DNA of 53,237 nt, from contig CANHFG010000005.1 in NCBI GenBank assembly GCA_947459875.1, positions 1 through 53,237 on the forward strand, in the 5' to 3' direction. The notes beneath the pieces are model-generated. The model was given only the letters and a program-made list of their open reading frames with translations, had not been told where the DNA came from and searched no databases. The number at the start of each line of letters is the position of its first letter. Within the stretch, counting starts at the first letter, position 1. Both the position numbers and the translations under genes were made by a program. The DNA comes from Ignavibacteria bacterium. Lineage in GTDB: Bacteria > Bacteroidota > Ignavibacteria > Kapaibacteriales > Kapaibacteriaceae. This document shows, piece after piece, positions 22,204-34,343 of this stretch.

Positions 22204-22581
22204 CTATGCCAGAGCATAACAGCCCGTCAGTAGCTCATCCCCTTTTTTTTTAAAGGGGCGTTTCACGTTTGCCAGCTGCTGACGTTTTGTGCGCTCCATA
22301 GAGAAGTGAAAAAAAAAGACTTCGACCATCAGACCGGCAAATGCAGAGATCGAAAACGTAAGTGCAAATGCAACCTGATGCATCCGCAGAACTCCGAGGC
22401 ACAGGTAGGCAAGCGTCACAACGATGATGCCACGGATACCGAGGCTGCCGAACACAAGCCCCATGAAGCTGTTCAGCTCCTTGGTCTGCGCGCGCTTGGA
22501 CACAACGTATCCCGCCCACGAGTTGGCCACACTGATACCCAGCGCAGTGATGACGGCAACTAAAGGTCCCTTCGGATCCAC
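22204..22581 (-). CDS. atpI: ATP synthase accessory protein I-like membrane protein
   Basis: Four TM-like segments between atpZ and atpB. Start uncertain; GTG 22581 chosen to avoid overlap with atpZ. Confidence 0.65.
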   Translation of the reverse strand: MDPKGPLVAVITALGISVANSWAGYVVSKRAQTKELNSFMGLVFGSLGIRGIIVVTLAYLCLGVLRMHQVAFALTFSISAFAGLMVEVFFFHFSMERTKRQQLANVKRPFKKKGDELLTGCYALA

Positions 22582-22591
22582 CCCTCGTACT

Positions 22592-22834
22592 CTACCTTTC
22601 CCGTTTTGTTTCAGCCCCCTGATCACGCGACAAACGAATGACCATCCGCAGGAACTGCATGAGTCCAACAATCGATCCCAGCACGGCACCGGAAACGAGG
22701 CCGATCGGCTCCGATTCCAGCATGGTGTCGATCCACCAACCGAGCGCCGTACACACAAGCACCGTAGCTGCAAGCTGACCGCCAAGGGCCATGTACGGAG
22801 CAAGCTGTTGCATCGGCGATCGCGAGGTCGACAT
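22592..22834 (-). CDS. atpZ: AtpZ/AtpI-family (ATPase gene 1) small membrane protein
   Basis: LGGQLAATVLVCTALGWWID...P...G motif; first gene of the atp operon. Confidence 0.8.
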   Translation of the reverse strand: MSTSRSPMQQLAPYMALGGQLAATVLVCTALGWWIDTMLESEPIGLVSGAVLGSIVGLMQFLRMVIRLSRDQGAETKRER

Positions 22835-22862
22835 GATCACCACGTCTGTAGAAAATGCCGCG

Positions 22863-22870
22863 CAAAAATA
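22863..22870 (-). promoter_or_regulatory. -7 element of the atp operon promoter
   Basis: TATTTTTG(CG) on the minus strand in the intergenic gap upstream of atpZ. Confidence 0.6.
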
Positions 22871-22882
22871 GGTCGGCGGTCT

Positions 22883-24241
22883 CTAAAAGCCCAATTCCCG
22901 CAGGGCATTGAGTACGGCCTCACCGTAGATGTTCGACGACTCGCCGTACCAGACCCCTTCGGGAATGAAGCGCACGACCCCGTAGGTGGACGGATCAAGG
23001 TATTTCAGGGGGCTGGAAGCCACTACAGTGAATTCCTCCGCTCGGAACTCGTTATCCACATCGTGGACAGCGACGGTGCAGCCGAACTCGGTCGGACGGC
23101 GCTCGTCGATCGGTGCTTTCTGATAGCCGAGCAGCACGAATGGGATGCGGACCTTGACCACATAGCCGTCCTTGGTTCGGGCCGAAACGGCACGGATCTG
23201 ACGTCGTGCCTGGTTCTGCGTGGGATCAAGGTCATCGGTAGTCCGCACAATCACCCGCGGCAGCCGGTCGGCAAAGTCGCCCACTCGGACAACGATGGTG
23301 TACAGGCCGGAGTCGCTGGTGTGGCGGACGTTGACATCGGTCCGGTTGCTGATGCTGACGTTGCGTGAGACACCCGATTCGGCCTCTGGTGATACGTCGA
23401 GATAGAGTTCCAGGTGATCGGCTACGCATGTATCACACCAGCCGGTCACAACATTTGAATCACGGACATTCACCCTCAGATACAGGTAATCGTCGTCGTA
23501 CACCATCCGCGCCCGAAATGACGCGTCCTCCTCCCCGGTCCACCAGTACGAACCTTCGGTAACGTGGTCGATGCCCTGCACGGTAGCTTCAGGTACAAAT
23601 CCCGCAAAGACCTGCCTGCCCCTTGCATAACACGGAATGGTCATGTACTGACTCTCGTAGGCAGCCTCATCGTCCTTGCGGAGGAATCGTTCGCGTGTTG
23701 ATAGCGTCTGGAATGATCGGTAGGATTCGTGACCCAGGGACTCAACCCTGTTGGTGACGAACTGATCTACCAATACCACCGCCCCCTCCCGGAACCGGTA
23801 GCCAAGAATGGACCAGTCTTCGGACTTGCGTTTGACGGTGACGTAGCATGATGTATCACGGATAACCACGCCGACCTCAAGGGGAAGATCCACAAACGGG
23901 AAGGGCATCTTCGAGATGTTCACCAGAAAACCGTCAACATCCACGAACATGTACACGAGGCACTCACGCTTGCGCGAACCGCTGACGTGCAGGGACACAG
24001 CAAGATCGTACACACCGTCGCCACTGAAGTCTCCCACATCCCAACCCCAGATGCGGTAGCTCGCTCCCAGGGGCATTGCATTGCGAACATCAGACAAGAG
24101 CTCCTCGGCGAAGTACGGATCAGCCCTGCGCTTGAACTCTTCGAAATCCATGCCTGACTGCGACCACAACGCCACGGGCCAGCATGCGGCAATCAGCAAA
24201 AGGGGCATCAGAGCCCGGCGTATGGTTCCGCCGAAGGTCAC
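22883..24241 (-). CDS. Secreted hypothetical protein with FG-GAP-like motif and C-terminal CBM9/DOMON-like domain
   Basis: Signal peptide LWS|Q; GDFSGDGVYDLAV; YDDDYLYLRVNVRD...DHLELYLD...GYVVKVRIPF. Confidence 0.6.
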   Translation of the reverse strand: MTFGGTIRRALMPLLLIAACWPVALWSQSGMDFEEFKRRADPYFAEELLSDVRNAMPLGASYRIWGWDVGDFSGDGVYDLAVSLHVSGSRKRECLVYMFVDVDGFLVNISKMPFPFVDLPLEVGVVIRDTSCYVTVKRKSEDWSILGYRFREGAVVLVDQFVTNRVESLGHESYRSFQTLSTRERFLRKDDEAAYESQYMTIPCYARGRQVFAGFVPEATVQGIDHVTEGSYWWTGEEDASFRARMVYDDDYLYLRVNVRDSNVVTGWCDTCVADHLELYLDVSPEAESGVSRNVSISNRTDVNVRHTSDSGLYTIVVRVGDFADRLPRVIVRTTDDLDPTQNQARRQIRAVSARTKDGYVVKVRIPFVLLGYQKAPIDERRPTEFGCTVAVHDVDNEFRAEEFTVVASSPLKYLDPSTYGVVRFIPEGVWYGESSNIYGEAVLNALRELGF

Positions 24242-25236
24242 AGCGTACGCGCGCTCGACAGGATGGTATCACGAACCTCGATATGACTCGCCTTGAGGCG
24301 AGCTCCATACTGCGCCACGACCTGCGCCGATGCATACGAAGCCAGCCGAGCAGCATGTTCCGGGTGGTACCGATGCAGCACGCCGTAAAGAAATGCGCCG
24401 GCATACATGTCGCCGGCACCGGTCGCATCAACGGGCGTAACAGCGTAGGCAGGCGCATTGGCCGTGGTGCCATTCCAATGCACCCGGCTGCCCTCTGCCC
24501 CCTTGGTAACAACGACGTTGCGATAGCGGGAAGTAAGCGCTTCAAAGGCCTCTTCGGCCGTTTCCGTTCCTGCCAGGGCCGTTGCCTCACGTTCGTTGCA
24601 GAATACGAGGTCGCAATGCTGCAGGACGGAACGAAGCCGGTCGCCAAAGACGTCCACGATGAACCCGTCGGAGCAGCTCACGGCCACAGACGTTCCATGC
24701 TTGCGCGCATGATGCAGGGCCACATCAACGGCTTCGGCACCATTATCATCGGTAAGCTTGTACCCCTCAACATAGATCCATTCACTTGATCGGATGACAT
24801 CCTCACGGATATGCGTCCGGTCGAACATGGCATTCACGGCAAGTGTGGTATTGAGTGTGCGCTCGCTATCAGGGGTGATCATCACCAGGCAGCTGCCAGT
24901 GGTCTCACCGGCCACGGAGGCAGCGGAAAGCTCGATGCCGAGCTCTCGAAACTCCGAAGCGTAAAAATCCCCGTATTGATCACCACCGAGCACGGAACAG
25001 TAGGCCCCCTGACCTCCGAACTGGGCAAAGGCAATGATGGTGTTTGCGGCCGAACCGCCACTGCAGCGATGAACGTCACGATCGCCAAGCCGGGCGATGA
25101 TCTCTCGCTGCCGGTCGGCATCAGTGAGGGTCATGGAGCCCTTCTGGACGCCGAATGTCGAAAGCTCTTCCTCGGTCACGCGGTACTCGAGGTCAACGAG
25201 GGCATTACCGATGCCCGACAGCATAATGTTTTTCAC
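24238..25236 (-). CDS. PfkB family carbohydrate/adenosine kinase
   Basis: GIGNALVD, GGSAANT, VTKGAEGS, DATGAGDMYAGAFL. Confidence 0.92.
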   Translation of the reverse strand: MKNIMLSGIGNALVDLEYRVTEEELSTFGVQKGSMTLTDADRQREIIARLGDRDVHRCSGGSAANTIIAFAQFGGQGAYCSVLGGDQYGDFYASEFRELGIELSAASVAGETTGSCLVMITPDSERTLNTTLAVNAMFDRTHIREDVIRSSEWIYVEGYKLTDDNGAEAVDVALHHARKHGTSVAVSCSDGFIVDVFGDRLRSVLQHCDLVFCNEREATALAGTETAEEAFEALTSRYRNVVVTKGAEGSRVHWNGTTANAPAYAVTPVDATGAGDMYAGAFLYGVLHRYHPEHAARLASYASAQVVAQYGARLKASHIEVRDTILSSARTL

Positions 25237-25240
25237 GGCG

Positions 25241-25248
25241 CAAATATA
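25241..25248 (-). promoter_or_regulatory. -7 element, probably leaderless promoter of the pfkB gene
   Basis: TATATTTG-CGCC-GTG start. Confidence 0.55.
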
Positions 25249-25300
25249 GAATCATGGCCCTCGATTGGCGGCCAGGCAGTTTGCCGATGAATGCGCCGCG

Positions 25301-26332
25301 CTATGCCGCGGATACGTCCACGCCAGAAAGGCGCACGATCTCCATGCACAGCTCCGGAAACTCCATACCGGCAGCACGAGCCGCCATGGGCACAAGACTT
25401 GTGGCCGTAAAGCCGGGGATCGTGTTGACCTCAAGGCAGAATGGCATGCCTTCCGGCGTCAGTCGGAAGTCCACACGACTGTATGCGCGGCATCCCAGAA
25501 TGCCATGAGCTGCCACGGCTAGGTTGCGGACGTGCTCGTCGATAACGTCCGAGATATCTGCCGGACAGTGATACTCGGTCTTGCCTTTGACGTACTTGTT
25601 CTCGAAGTCATAATACCCATCCTTCGGAACGATCTCAATCACCGGCAGGGCCTCATTACCAAGAACTGCCACAGTCAGCTCACGTCCCGGTACGTAGGCT
25701 TCGATCATCACCGAGCTGGTGAACGCCCCGGCCAGCCGGATGGCGGCTTCAAGCGCATCAAGATCGGGCTCGTGCAGAATCGTCATCCCAACGGTCGACC
25801 CCTGATCATTGGGCTTTACCACGAGCGGACCCGGAATCTCGCGCATAAGGCTCTCAAACAGACCGTCGTCATCGAACTGATCATGAGTGACGCTCACCCA
25901 CGGCGCAGTTGGAATACCGGCCGACTGAAACAGGAGCTTCGAAAGCCCCTTGTCCATGGCCGTCGCACTGGCCAGCATGGTACTGCCCGTGTAGGGGATG
26001 CCACGCAGGTCCAGCAGAGACTGCATGTATCCATCCTCGCCATAGCGTCCATGAAGCAGGTTAAACACCACGTCAACGCCATCAAGATGGGTCGACGTGA
26101 CACATTCAAGCAGCCGGCGAGAGTTGAACGCATCCAACTCCTGCATCGTCACTTCCCGCGCCGATGCCTCATGCAACTCCTGATCGGTAAGGGGCTCGGC
26201 GGCTCCCCGCATCGGGTCGATCGCAACAACTTCATGTCCAAGCTCCCGCAGGGCGAACACCGCCGCCCGTCCGCTGAGAAGAGAAATGTTTCGTTCGGTG
26301 CTGATACCACCGAGCATCACGGCAATCTTCAT
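25301..26332 (-). CDS. ddl: D-alanine--D-alanine ligase
   Basis: Start [14 protein letters not shown] (ATGA overlap with udg). LHGRYGEDG, KPNDQGSTVG, YDFENKY, LEVNTIPG. Confidence 0.95.
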   Translation of the reverse strand: MKIAVMLGGISTERNISLLSGRAAVFALRELGHEVVAIDPMRGAAEPLTDQELHEASAREVTMQELDAFNSRRLLECVTSTHLDGVDVVFNLLHGRYGEDGYMQSLLDLRGIPYTGSTMLASATAMDKGLSKLLFQSAGIPTAPWVSVTHDQFDDDGLFESLMREIPGPLVVKPNDQGSTVGMTILHEPDLDALEAAIRLAGAFTSSVMIEAYVPGRELTVAVLGNEALPVIEIVPKDGYYDFENKYVKGKTEYHCPADISDVIDEHVRNLAVAAHGILGCRAYSRVDFRLTPEGMPFCLEVNTIPGFTATSLVPMAARAAGMEFPELCMEIVRLSGVDVSAA

Positions 26333-27084
26333 GACCCTTTGGCTTCCTGATACAGTGAGCGGAGGAACTTGACATCTTCCCAGACGAGCTTCTTCCATTC
26401 CGGGTTGCGCAGCAATGCCGCCGGATGATAGGTCACAAGCGTCGGGATACCCTGGTAATCATGAACCGTTCCACGAAGTGCGGTCATGGTCTGGCTGGAC
26501 TTCAGCAGCGTGTGTGCCGCCGTCAGGCCCAGCGCAAGAATGAACTTCGGCTTGATGAGCTCGATCTGTTTCCACAGATATGGTTCGCATGAATCCGTCT
26601 CGCCCACAAGGGGCTTACGGTTATTTGGAGGACGGCACTTGAGAATGTTGCAGATATAGACGTCGTCGCGCTGCAACTCGATCGATTCAAGGATCTTCGT
26701 CAGCAGCTGACCGGCCCGACCCACAAACGGGAGGCCCTGAGCATCCTCATCGGCTCCGGGCGCCTCGCCAATGACCATGATGTCGGCATTGGGACTGCCC
26801 GATCCGAAAACAAAGCTCGTGCGAGTAGCGCCCAGCGGACACTTCATGCACCCGCTGATGTCGGCATGAAAACCATCGAGCGTGGTGGCACTCATGAGCG
26901 AGTCTACCGGCATTGCTGCGGCCTCGGAAAAATCGACCTCAGCAACAGCATCGATGGTTTCTGGAACGTTCGCATCAGCGATCGAGATCGTTGCCGGATC
27001 GACGTGGTCGACGTACAGCGTCGATCCATGCATCTGTTTCTGCTGCTGCAGGTATCGCTGCAATTCATCGGCTATCGTCGGCAT
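26329..27084 (-). CDS. Uracil-DNA glycosylase family 4
   Basis: CMKCPL (4Fe-4S ligands), [28 protein letters not shown]; start MPTIAD. Confidence 0.93.
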   Translation of the reverse strand: MPTIADELQRYLQQQKQMHGSTLYVDHVDPATISIADANVPETIDAVAEVDFSEAAAMPVDSLMSATTLDGFHADISGCMKCPLGATRTSFVFGSGSPNADIMVIGEAPGADEDAQGLPFVGRAGQLLTKILESIELQRDDVYICNILKCRPPNNRKPLVGETDSCEPYLWKQIELIKPKFILALGLTAAHTLLKSSQTMTALRGTVHDYQGIPTLVTYHPAALLRNPEWKKLVWEDVKFLRSLYQEAKGS

Positions 27085-27091
27085 GCTGACA

Positions 27092-29620
<2,529 letters not shown>

Positions 29621-29749
29621 GACCTCTTTGTCCTTCGGAACGTTTGGTGTTCCGCCGAATGACGAACAGACGTCCGTTCTGTTTCGACGGAACGTCCGAA
29701 ATATACTGCGTCAATGTTGCGACGGACTGCCGAGATTATGCACAGCCAC

Positions 29750-30661
29750 TCAGTCGAAGATGCTCTTGACCTTGCCGATGCTGACGATCAGATTCGGTTC
29801 TTTGGACACCGATGGAGCGGACGCCGCAGCAGGGGCAGGAGCCGCAGCGGTCTTCTTGCCTTTCTTGCCCTTCGGTGCTGCGGCCTCGGCCACGGGAGCA
29901 GAGGCAACCGGAGCTGCAGCGACGGTCTTCACCTCGAAGGTTACCCGAACGTCAGCCAGCTTCACGTCGCGAAGTGCCTGGCGGATGGTCTCAAAGCGCG
30001 ACTGCACCAGCGCCTCATTGGGGTCGACGGGAGCAGGCGGCATCACAGGTTCTTCGGGAAGGGGCTGACCCTTCTTGACCTTCTTTACGGCCTTTGCCCA
30101 GGCGTCATGCAGCTTGTTGTACTCTGAAAGCTGCTTTGCCCTAAGGGGCGCTAAAAGGTCCTCATCGCCGGAAATCTTCACCACAACGTTCAGGTGCTGA
30201 TTAGCACGCAATACTTCAGCCAGATCCGCAACTGCCGTGCGCCCCGATTCCGACAGGGTGGCGGCATTGCGGTCGAAGGCGGACATGGTTGAGCTCAGAA
30301 GTCGACCCTCGACAAAGGCCCGAACGGTAAAGTCACGCTTGATCACCATGAACTTCTCCGACTTCGGGATGTCAAGGATGAACTCCTTGCGGTACACGTT
30401 ATGTCCGGCCGCAACGATCTTGTGAGGTCCGGCCTCCGAAAGCGTCTGCAGATACGAGCCATCCTTGGAGTTCGAGGAGATCGTCACGCGCTTACCGGAC
30501 GGAGAATAGATGTGCAGCTTGCACCCGACCGGTTCACCGGTCACCGAGTCCTTGATGAACCCCTCAACGTTCAAGATCGCCTGCTGTGCGGTCAGCGGAA
30601 CGAAGCAGGATAGAGAAACGAGCAAAGCGGCAAGCAGAGAGAAACGACGTGGTGTACGCAT
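29750..30661 (-). CDS. Secreted protein with beta-sandwich domain and degenerate OmpA-C-like domain
   Basis: Start MRTPRRF, signal LTA|QQ. FDRNAATLSESGRTAVADLAEVLRANQHLNVVV resembles the start of OmpA-C; Ala/Pro/Lys-rich inserts. Confidence 0.55.
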   Translation of the reverse strand: MRTPRRFSLLAALLVSLSCFVPLTAQQAILNVEGFIKDSVTGEPVGCKLHIYSPSGKRVTISSNSKDGSYLQTLSEAGPHKIVAAGHNVYRKEFILDIPKSEKFMVIKRDFTVRAFVEGRLLSSTMSAFDRNAATLSESGRTAVADLAEVLRANQHLNVVVKISGDEDLLAPLRAKQLSEYNKLHDAWAKAVKKVKKGQPLPEEPVMPPAPVDPNEALVQSRFETIRQALRDVKLADVRVTFEVKTVAAAPVASAPVAEAAAPKGKKGKKTAAAPAPAAASAPSVSKEPNLIVSIGKVKSIFD

Positions 30662-30665
30662 ACGA

Positions 30666-31436
30666 TCAGGTATCCTTTGTTGACGAGAGAAATGAGGCGA
30701 TCCCGGCACGGAAGTCCTCCGTCTGCCGGGCCATGGCATTCATAACAGTTGCATAGTGAAGGCCGGCATCCAGAGACATTCCGTGGACGGCGTTGAGCAT
30801 CGACTTGGTCATACCCATTGCCGAAGCGCTGTTGCGGGCCATCTTTCCGGCAATGCGCATGGTCTCTTCCTCGAGGACCTCATCGTCGACCACGTACGAT
30901 ACCATGCCCAGACGTAGCGCTTCCTCGGCACCGATGTTCTCAGCGGTAAGCAGCAGTCGCCTGGCGCGCGTATCGCCTATCTTTCGCACGAGATAGACCA
31001 GGACGATGGCCGGTACGAAGCCGATACGGACCTCGGAGTATCCGAAAACAGAGCTCGATCGTGCGGCCACAACCACGTCACAGACGGTCGCCAGCCCGCA
31101 TCCGCCGGCAATGGCCGGACCATGCACCATGGCAACAACCGGCTTCGGACAGTCAACGATCGCCTGAAACATGTTCTTCAATGACGTCGAGTCATCAACG
31201 TTCTCCAGCGGCGACAGTTCGGAAATGCGCTGCAGGTATCCAAGATCGGCACCTGCGCAGAAGGCCGGACCCTCTGCGCGCAGAACGATCACCTTTACGG
31301 AAGAGTCGTCGCGCATCTGATCCACGGCACCATGCAGCGCCGCGATCAGCTCAGTGCTGAGCGCATTACGCTTTTCGCCTCGATTCATCGTGATCGTGCC
31401 GATGCCGTCACAGACAGACGTCAGGAGAATGCTCAT
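30666..31436 (-). CDS. Enoyl-CoA hydratase/isomerase (methylglutaconyl-CoA hydratase-like)
   Basis: NRGEKRNALS, AFCAGADL, AIAGGCGL, SEVRIGFVPA; ATG 31436. Confidence 0.9.
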   Translation of the reverse strand: MSILLTSVCDGIGTITMNRGEKRNALSTELIAALHGAVDQMRDDSSVKVIVLRAEGPAFCAGADLGYLQRISELSPLENVDDSTSLKNMFQAIVDCPKPVVAMVHGPAIAGGCGLATVCDVVVAARSSSVFGYSEVRIGFVPAIVLVYLVRKIGDTRARRLLLTAENIGAEEALRLGMVSYVVDDEVLEEETMRIAGKMARNSASAMGMTKSMLNAVHGMSLDAGLHYATVMNAMARQTEDFRAGIASFLSSTKDT

Positions 31437-31441
31437 GGACC

Positions 31442-31449
31442 CAAAAATA
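31442..31449 (-). promoter_or_regulatory. -7 element, probably leaderless promoter
   Basis: TATTTTTG-GGTCC-ATG start. Confidence 0.55.
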
Positions 31450-31496
31450 CGCCACGCATAGCCCCCTGCCATGCAGGATTGAGTACTGGGCAGCTG

Positions 31497-34343
31497 TTAT
31501 CGAGCGATCACCAGGGGCCAGGAGCGCGTCAGATCTCCGCTGACCATGCGGATGTAGTAAGCCCCGGAACCAAGAACGTCGATACTGATCGGATGCAGGA
31601 AGGGGGCTCGAAATGGGAGTCGACCCAGCTCCTCGGCTAGCAATCGACGTCCGGTCACGTCGCAGATCTCGAAAACAAGCGGCGACTGCGGATAATCGGC
31701 GTAAACGGGAACATACACCACACTGGACGCGGGATTCGGGAAAACGGCAGAGGGGCCCGCAGCTGAGAAAAGAGTGTCCGTCGGACGCTGACCCGATGCC
31801 CATGTGTTCTGTCCGAGGAGTGCTTCGATAGTGGACATCGCCGTGTCGATCACGATCACCTGTCGAAACGACCGTCGATGTCCCGGCGGAACAGGCATGG
31901 CAAACCGCATCCCTGTCACGGTTGCCACATCATTCACATCGGTATATCGGAAACGCTCCGGATCGCGCAGGATCTGGGTCTTCGTCTCGGTCGTAAATCC
32001 GCTATAGGTTGTCGTATTGTCGATACCTGCCAGCAGGGGGCGACTATCACTGTAGGGAGATTCACAGTACATGGCAACCATAGGCTGCTGCTGACCAAGC
32101 GCCACGACGTATTGAAATGGACTGCCATTGTCGCCACCATAGGTCCGGTTCTTGGCTGGCTGACGCCCCAGATCCCAGTCATAGAACCATGCAACAGCCA
32201 GATCATGCAGGGCAGTATCGCTCCGGTTGGTGATGGTCCCATCGATCCGCACGACGTTGCTCGCTGAGTCCAGCTCGACGCTGAGTTCTATCTCCACACC
32301 GATGCGAAGAGAGTCGGGCGCATCGGCATCGCTAACAATGCCCGACACGTTGCGATTTCCGGAGAACCTTCGCAAAGGACGGAAGTGATCGTTGTTGCGA
32401 CGGACCGATCGAACGGCATCGACGGTGCGTCCGTTGGCATGGACCATCAAGCCCCCTTCATAGAGCTGACCGCAGAAGTCCCGAAAACGCACTCCCTCGC
32501 CCTGGCCACGCTCGATATCGGTATTGCCGATACGCCCGCGATCACCGATGCTCACGCGCATGTCGTTGTTGGCAAGAGTTGTGAAGGCAGGAGAAGGAGT
32601 AATGGCATAACTGTATCGTCTGCTGATCGATGCACCCGAGCGATCCGTTCCAAGAAGGCGCATGTGGACGTATGCAGCGGTATCGGTTTCGGCCACCACA
32701 ACGAAGTCCTGCACGGGCATGAAGAATCTCTCCCCGATGCCGATCTCACGCTGGACGATCGTGCCTGCCATGGACTGCGCACGAAGCGCGTCACTGCCCG
32801 CTCCACTGATGCCCTCCACGCCGATGAGCTTCATCGTCCACGGAGCCAATCGGTTTATCAGACCGATGCGCGCCGAGAGCGTATCGCCCACCGTCCAGCG
32901 TTGCGCTCCACTCTTGGCAACGAGCTCGACCGTGTCGACCTCGATCGACACCAGCGTATCCGGATGTGCAGTGACAGCCTTGAGGGCGTTCACTCGACCA
33001 CGCGGAAGCTGAAGGGGGCTGATCCCTGCCGGAATGTCCTTCCAGGGTTCTTCGTCCACCGCATCCCTAACCATCGCGCAGGCCTCAAGCGGCCCGATAC
33101 GCGGGTATCGCGAGCGGACAAGTCCCACCAGAGCAGATGCGATCGGCGCCGATCCCGACGTACAGCAGAAACTTGCATACGCGCCATCGTTGGACGTGCT
33201 CCAGCTGGAATGTCCGGGTGCCATGACGTCAACAGTCGGTCCGCGACCGGTCATGGCTATGACATTATCGGAGGCATCGACCACGCCAACTCCGAGAACG
33301 CCTTTGTAGCTGGCCGGGTAGAAGGGCGATGCCGAGTAGTGGTTCCCGGCAGCGGCCACAACGGCCGTGCCCCGCGCAATGGCATATGAGACAACATCCT
33401 GGTCGATGCATGACGGAGACTGGCTACCCCAGGAACAATTGACAACGTCGAAGCCATTGACCGCACAGTACATGATGGACTCGTATCCAAAGACGATGCC
33501 GGTTGTTCCGTTGGGCATCGTGCGTAGGGGAAACAACTTGCACCTGCCGCCTACCCCGGCAATGCCCTTGGCGTTATTGGCCGTAGCCCCACATGTACCA
33601 GCTACGCTGGTTCCGTGACCATTATTCGGGTTGAAGGCATCTCCCGGCGATGAGGCATCTTCCTTCCACGAGAAATTATATCCACGATGGTCATCGATGA
33701 ATCCGTTGCCGTCATCATCGATGGAATTGCCGGGGATCTCTGCTGTGCGCGTGAAGATCGACTCGACGAGATCCTCATGCTCGGTGCGAACGCCGCTGTC
33801 ACTGATACCGATGATCACCGTGTCACTTCCCGGCTCGATATCCCACGCTGCGTAGACCTCAATAGTTCGCAGAAGGTCCTGACGCAGTCGTTCAGGGTCG
33901 TTGGGTTCTCCACACAGCTCCATCACGCACCACGGGGCGGCGCATTCAATGGGTCCGCAACCCATCAGCAGTCGCGCAATGATCTGCTCCGGTGGAAGCT
34001 CCGGGCGATCATAGCGAACTACGTACGAACGCAGCAGACGTTCCTCTATGACAAGAGCATCATTCAACGTCATGGGTCGATCTCTGTTCGGCCCAGTTCC
34101 ACTTCGCTGCTGAAACGCCAGCGACTGCTCGAACGGCAGTACTGGACGTTCGACAGTAAGACCCAGCTCGGCCAGAACGGCTTCGGCGCGTGATGCATAC
34201 TCGGGCGCGACCCTGATCTTGAGCATTCCCTTCAACACCGGATCAGGCCGATGCGGCAATTCGGCAGGCCAGACATCATACTGTGCCGAAGAGGTGGTGA
34301 CGACCAGCGCAAGCAGCACTGGCAGCAAGACGAAACTGTTCAT
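31497..34343 (-). CDS. Secreted S8 (subtilase) serine peptidase with T9SS C-terminal domain
   Basis: Signal SSA|Q; triad ISDSG / HGTSVAG / CCTSGSAP; oxyanion AAAGN; VFPNPAS...GAYYIRM C-terminal domain. Confidence 0.88.
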   Translation of the reverse strand: MNSFVLLPVLLALVVTTSSAQYDVWPAELPHRPDPVLKGMLKIRVAPEYASRAEAVLAELGLTVERPVLPFEQSLAFQQRSGTGPNRDRPMTLNDALVIEERLLRSYVVRYDRPELPPEQIIARLLMGCGPIECAAPWCVMELCGEPNDPERLRQDLLRTIEVYAAWDIEPGSDTVIIGISDSGVRTEHEDLVESIFTRTAEIPGNSIDDDGNGFIDDHRGYNFSWKEDASSPGDAFNPNNGHGTSVAGTCGATANNAKGIAGVGGRCKLFPLRTMPNGTTGIVFGYESIMYCAVNGFDVVNCSWGSQSPSCIDQDVVSYAIARGTAVVAAAGNHYSASPFYPASYKGVLGVGVVDASDNVIAMTGRGPTVDVMAPGHSSWSTSNDGAYASFCCTSGSAPIASALVGLVRSRYPRIGPLEACAMVRDAVDEEPWKDIPAGISPLQLPRGRVNALKAVTAHPDTLVSIEVDTVELVAKSGAQRWTVGDTLSARIGLINRLAPWTMKLIGVEGISGAGSDALRAQSMAGTIVQREIGIGERFFMPVQDFVVVAETDTAAYVHMRLLGTDRSGASISRRYSYAITPSPAFTTLANNDMRVSIGDRGRIGNTDIERGQGEGVRFRDFCGQLYEGGLMVHANGRTVDAVRSVRRNNDHFRPLRRFSGNRNVSGIVSDADAPDSLRIGVEIELSVELDSASNVVRIDGTITNRSDTALHDLAVAWFYDWDLGRQPAKNRTYGGDNGSPFQYVVALGQQQPMVAMYCESPYSDSRPLLAGIDNTTTYSGFTTETKTQILRDPERFRYTDVNDVATVTGMRFAMPVPPGHRRSFRQVIVIDTAMSTIEALLGQNTWASGQRPTDTLFSAAGPSAVFPNPASSVVYVPVYADYPQSPLVFEICDVTGRRLLAEELGRLPFRAPFLHPISIDVLGSGAYYIRMVSGDLTRSWPLVIAR

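Noticed and set aside
22177-22206. Stop-codon readthrough fusing atpI to atpB (same frame, 27-nt open spacer)
   Set aside because: Easily explained by chance; no recoding signal is visible.
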